From: Candidatus Methylomirabilia bacterium
GTDB lineage: Bacteria > Methylomirabilota > Methylomirabilia > Rokubacteriales > CSP1-6
Assembly (NCBI GenBank): GCA_041496385.1
Contig: JBGQEL010000009.1
Location: 1 to 64,000, forward strand
DNA length: 64,000 bases
Direction of reading: 5' to 3'
Position numbers and translations under genes: made by a program. A model generated the notes under the pieces. The model did not search any database and was not told where the DNA came from. It worked only from the letters and a program-made list of their open reading frames with translations. Below, one piece after another: positions 61,471 through 64,000 of the stretch (positions are counted from its first letter, which is position 1; every line of letters begins with the position of its first letter).

Positions 61471-63186
61471 TTGAACTACCAGGTTCTCGCGCGCAAGTGG
61501 CGGCCGCAGACGTTCGACGCGGTCGTCGGACAGGACGCGATCACGCGGACGCTCCGGAACGCGCTCGCGTCCGGCCGCATCGCCCACGCCTATCTCTTCG
61601 CCGGCCCGCGCGGCGTGGGCAAGACCACGACGGCGCGCCTCCTCGCGAAGGCGCTGCTCTGTCCCGAGCGGAAGGGTCCCGAGCCCTGCGGCGCCTGCTC
61701 GGTGTGCCGCGAGGCGCAGGCGGGCACGCTCGTGGACGTGATCGAGATCGACGGCGCCTCGAACCGCGGGATCGAGGAGATCCGGACGCTGCGCGAGAAC
61801 GTCAAGTACGCCCCGGCGCGCGGGCGCTACAAGGTCTACATCATCGACGAGGTCCACCAGCTCACCGAGGCCGCCTTCAACGCGCTGCTGAAGACGCTCG
61901 AGGAGCCGCCGCCGCACGTCGTCTTCGTGCTGGCGACCACGGACCCGCGCGACATTCCGGCGACGGTTCTCTCGCGCGTGCAGCGCTTCGACTTCCGGCC
62001 GATCGCGCCGGACCAGCTCCTCACCTCGCTCGAGCACATCCTGGGTGAGGAGAAGATCCCGTTCGAAGCCGCCGCGCTGCCGGTCATCGTCCGCGCGGCG
62101 GAGGGCTCGCTCCGCGACGCGCTCTCGCTGCTCGACACGGCGATCGCTTACGGCGAGGGCCGCCTCGAGGCGGACCCGGTCGCGCAGCTCCTCGGGGCCA
62201 CCGCGCCCGCCGCCGTCGCGGCGTTCGGCGCGGCGCTGATCGCGCACGACACATCCGCCGCGCTCGAGACCGTCGACCGCACGGCGCGCGAGGGCGAGGA
62301 CCTCCAGGCCTTCACGCGCGACGTCGTCGAGCTGCTGCGGCGGGCGCTGGTCCTGAAGGCCGCGCAGACGGCGAAGCTGGCGGACCTGACCCACGCCGAG
62401 GGGAACGCGCTCAGGAAGCTCGGCGAGGCGGTGTCGCTCGACGAGATCCTCTACGTGCTGCGCGCGTTTCTCGAGGCCGACGCGCTCATGCGCGAGTCGC
62501 CGCACCCGCGCGTCGAGCTCGAGATCGCGACCGTGCGCGCCACGCGCCGGCCCGTGCCGCAGGCGCTCAACGAGGTCCTCCGCCGCGTGGACGAGGTCCA
62601 CGCCATGCTGCGCGGGCAGGCGATGGCCTCGGGCCCGGCGCCCGCGACCGCCCCGGCGCAGGCGAGCCTCCTGTCCGAGGCTGCGCCGCCGGCCGCGCGC
62701 GCGGCCGCCGAGCCGCGGCGGGTCCCGGCGTCACCGCCGCCGCCGCGCCCGGCGGAGCCGCTCACCGCCGCGCCGGGGCCGCCGCCGGCCGCCGCGCCGG
62801 CGCCCGTCGCTCGTGCCGCACCAGCGGTGGACGCCGGCCTGGCGTCCTCGTGGGAACGCGTCGTGGACGAGGTCATGAAGAAGAAGCCGATGCTCGGCGC
62901 CATGCTCACCCAGGCCCAGCCGGCCGGCGTGAGCGACCGCGAGCTGACGATCATTCTGACGGGAAATCACTTTCACCGTGAGACGCTGGCGGACGGCGCG
63001 AACCGCGAGCTCATCGCGCAGGCGGTGCGGCGCTACGTGGCCGGGGCCGAGCGCATCAACGTGCAGACGGGCGGCGCCGGGCCCGGCGGCATCGCCGAGC
63101 ATCCCGCGGTGCAGGCGGCGATCGCGGAATTCCAGGGCGAGGTGGTCGCGGTGCGGCCGCGCCAGCCGGAAGGAGACGGCCAGTGA
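61471..63186 (+). CDS. dnaX: DNA polymerase III subunit gamma/tau
   Basis: YQVLARKWRPQTF, GPRGVGKTT, IDEVH, NALLKTLEEPP; Pro/Ala linker; TTG start. Confidence 0.97.
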   Translation: MNYQVLARKWRPQTFDAVVGQDAITRTLRNALASGRIAHAYLFAGPRGVGKTTTARLLAKALLCPERKGPEPCGACSVCREAQAGTLVDVIEIDGASNRGIEEIRTLRENVKYAPARGRYKVYIIDEVHQLTEAAFNALLKTLEEPPPHVVFVLATTDPRDIPATVLSRVQRFDFRPIAPDQLLTSLEHILGEEKIPFEAAALPVIVRAAEGSLRDALSLLDTAIAYGEGRLEADPVAQLLGATAPAAVAAFGAALIAHDTSAALETVDRTAREGEDLQAFTRDVVELLRRALVLKAAQTAKLADLTHAEGNALRKLGEAVSLDEILYVLRAFLEADALMRESPHPRVELEIATVRATRRPVPQALNEVLRRVDEVHAMLRGQAMASGPAPATAPAQASLLSEAAPPAARAAAEPRRVPASPPPPRPAEPLTAAPGPPPAAAPAPVARAAPAVDAGLASSWERVVDEVMKKKPMLGAMLTQAQPAGVSDRELTIILTGNHFHRETLADGANRELIAQAVRRYVAGAERINVQTGGAGPGGIAEHPAVQAAIAEFQGEVVAVRPRQPEGDGQ

Positions 63187-63497
63187 AGGGATTCGGCAAC
63201 ATCATGAAGGAAGCGCAGAAGCTGCAGCAGCAGATGGCCGCCATGCAGGAGGAGATCGGCAAGCGGAAGGTCGAGGCCACCGCGGGCGGCGGCATGGTGA
63301 CGGTCGAGGCCAACGGCAAGCAGGAGATTCTCTCGATCAAGATCGATCCCGAGGTCGTCAGCAAGGACGACGTCCAGATGCTCGAAGACCTCGTGATCGC
63401 GGCCTGCAACGAGGCGCTCCGGAAGTCGCGCGAGCTCGTGCAGCAGGAGCTCGGCAAGCTGACCGGGGGCATGAAGATCCCCGGCCTCGGGATGTAG
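63183..63497 (+). CDS. ybaB: Nucleoid-associated protein YbaB/EbfC
   Basis: MKEAQKLQ, AGGGMVTV, LEDLVIAACN. Confidence 0.95.
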   Translation: MKGFGNIMKEAQKLQQQMAAMQEEIGKRKVEATAGGGMVTVEANGKQEILSIKIDPEVVSKDDVQMLEDLVIAACNEALRKSRELVQQELGKLTGGMKIPGLGM

Positions 63498-63509
63498 CGC
63501 GGAGCGCCG

Positions 63510-64000
63510 TTGGCGTACTACCCGGAACCCGTCGCGCGGCTGATCGAAGCGCTCCAGCGGCTTCCCGGCATCGGCCCGAAGACAGCGCAGCGCCTCACCT
63601 TCTTTCTTCTCAAGCGCCCCGCCGGCGAGGTCCGCGAGCTCTCCGAGTCGCTCATCGCCGTGAAGGACCGGATCGTCTACTGCCGGACGTGCTTCAACGT
63701 CACCGACGAGGAGCCCTGCCGCCTCTGCGCCGATCCGGGCCGCGACACGCGGCTCCTCTGCGTCGTCGAGGAGCCGAACGACCTGCTCGCGATGGAGCGG
63801 ACCGGCGAGTACCGCGGCTGCTACCACGTCCTCCTCGGCGCGCTCTCGCCGCTCGACGGCATCGGTCCGGACGACCTCAAGGTGCGGGAGTTGCTGGCGC
63901 GGATCGAGGCCGGCGCGGTGGACGAGGTGATCCTGGCGACGAACCCCAACGTGGAGGGCGAGGCGACGGCGCTCTACCTCGCCAAGCTCCTGCGCCCCTT
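63510..64000 (+). CDS. recR: Recombination protein RecR, truncated by window edge
   Basis: Manual translation LQRLPGIGPKTAQRL, CRTCFN..C..C zinc finger, ATNPNVEGEATA. Confidence 0.96.
   Translation, partial: MAYYPEPVARLIEALQRLPGIGPKTAQRLTFFLLKRPAGEVRELSESLIAVKDRIVYCRTCFNVTDEEPCRLCADPGRDTRLLCVVEEPNDLLAMERTGEYRGCYHVLLGALSPLDGIGPDDLKVRELLARIEAGAVDEVILATNPNVEGEATALYLAKLLRP

Noticed and set aside
62600..62900. dnaX programmed frameshift or tandem repeat
   Set aside because: No A-AAA-AAG or poly-A slippery site seen; region is an ordinary low-complexity Pro/Ala linker

Overview
High-GC bacterial chromosome segment spanning the replication origin. By gene content and style it most resembles Candidatus Rokubacteria/Methylomirabilota, which is an inference and not a database result. 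Left arm (minus strand): rdgB, rph, an amidase, an 8-gene putative inositol/aminocyclitol phospholipid cluster directly after tmRNA, smpB, tRNA-Leu, a DUF507-DUF507-ubiX-GT2-oxidoreductase operon, an RR/HD-GYP/CPBP/histidine kinase module, atpFHAGDC, mnmA, parBA, rsmG, mnmE, yidC, yidD, rnpA and rpmH. Origin and right arm (mostly plus strand): oriC elements, dnaA-dnaN-recF-gyrB-gyrA-serS and tRNA-Ser. A ~17 kb accessory stretch follows, with a repeat-rich secreted protein, TauD, PaaI, DUF1028, two ATPase-less peptide ABC systems and a LigB-LigA-HO-like diiron enzyme-cupin-molybdo-hydroxylase operon. The window ends with tadA, two tRNA-Ser, a large Alu-type SRP RNA, dnaX, ybaB and recR. Best candidates for new biology: the aminated-inositol lipid-like cluster, the LigAB/diiron/cupin/Mo operon, recurrent non-canonical start codons (ACG, ATC, ATT, CTG), a variant parS repeat and an unannotated 32-aa basic microprotein. 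No CRISPR array, integrase or transposase was seen.
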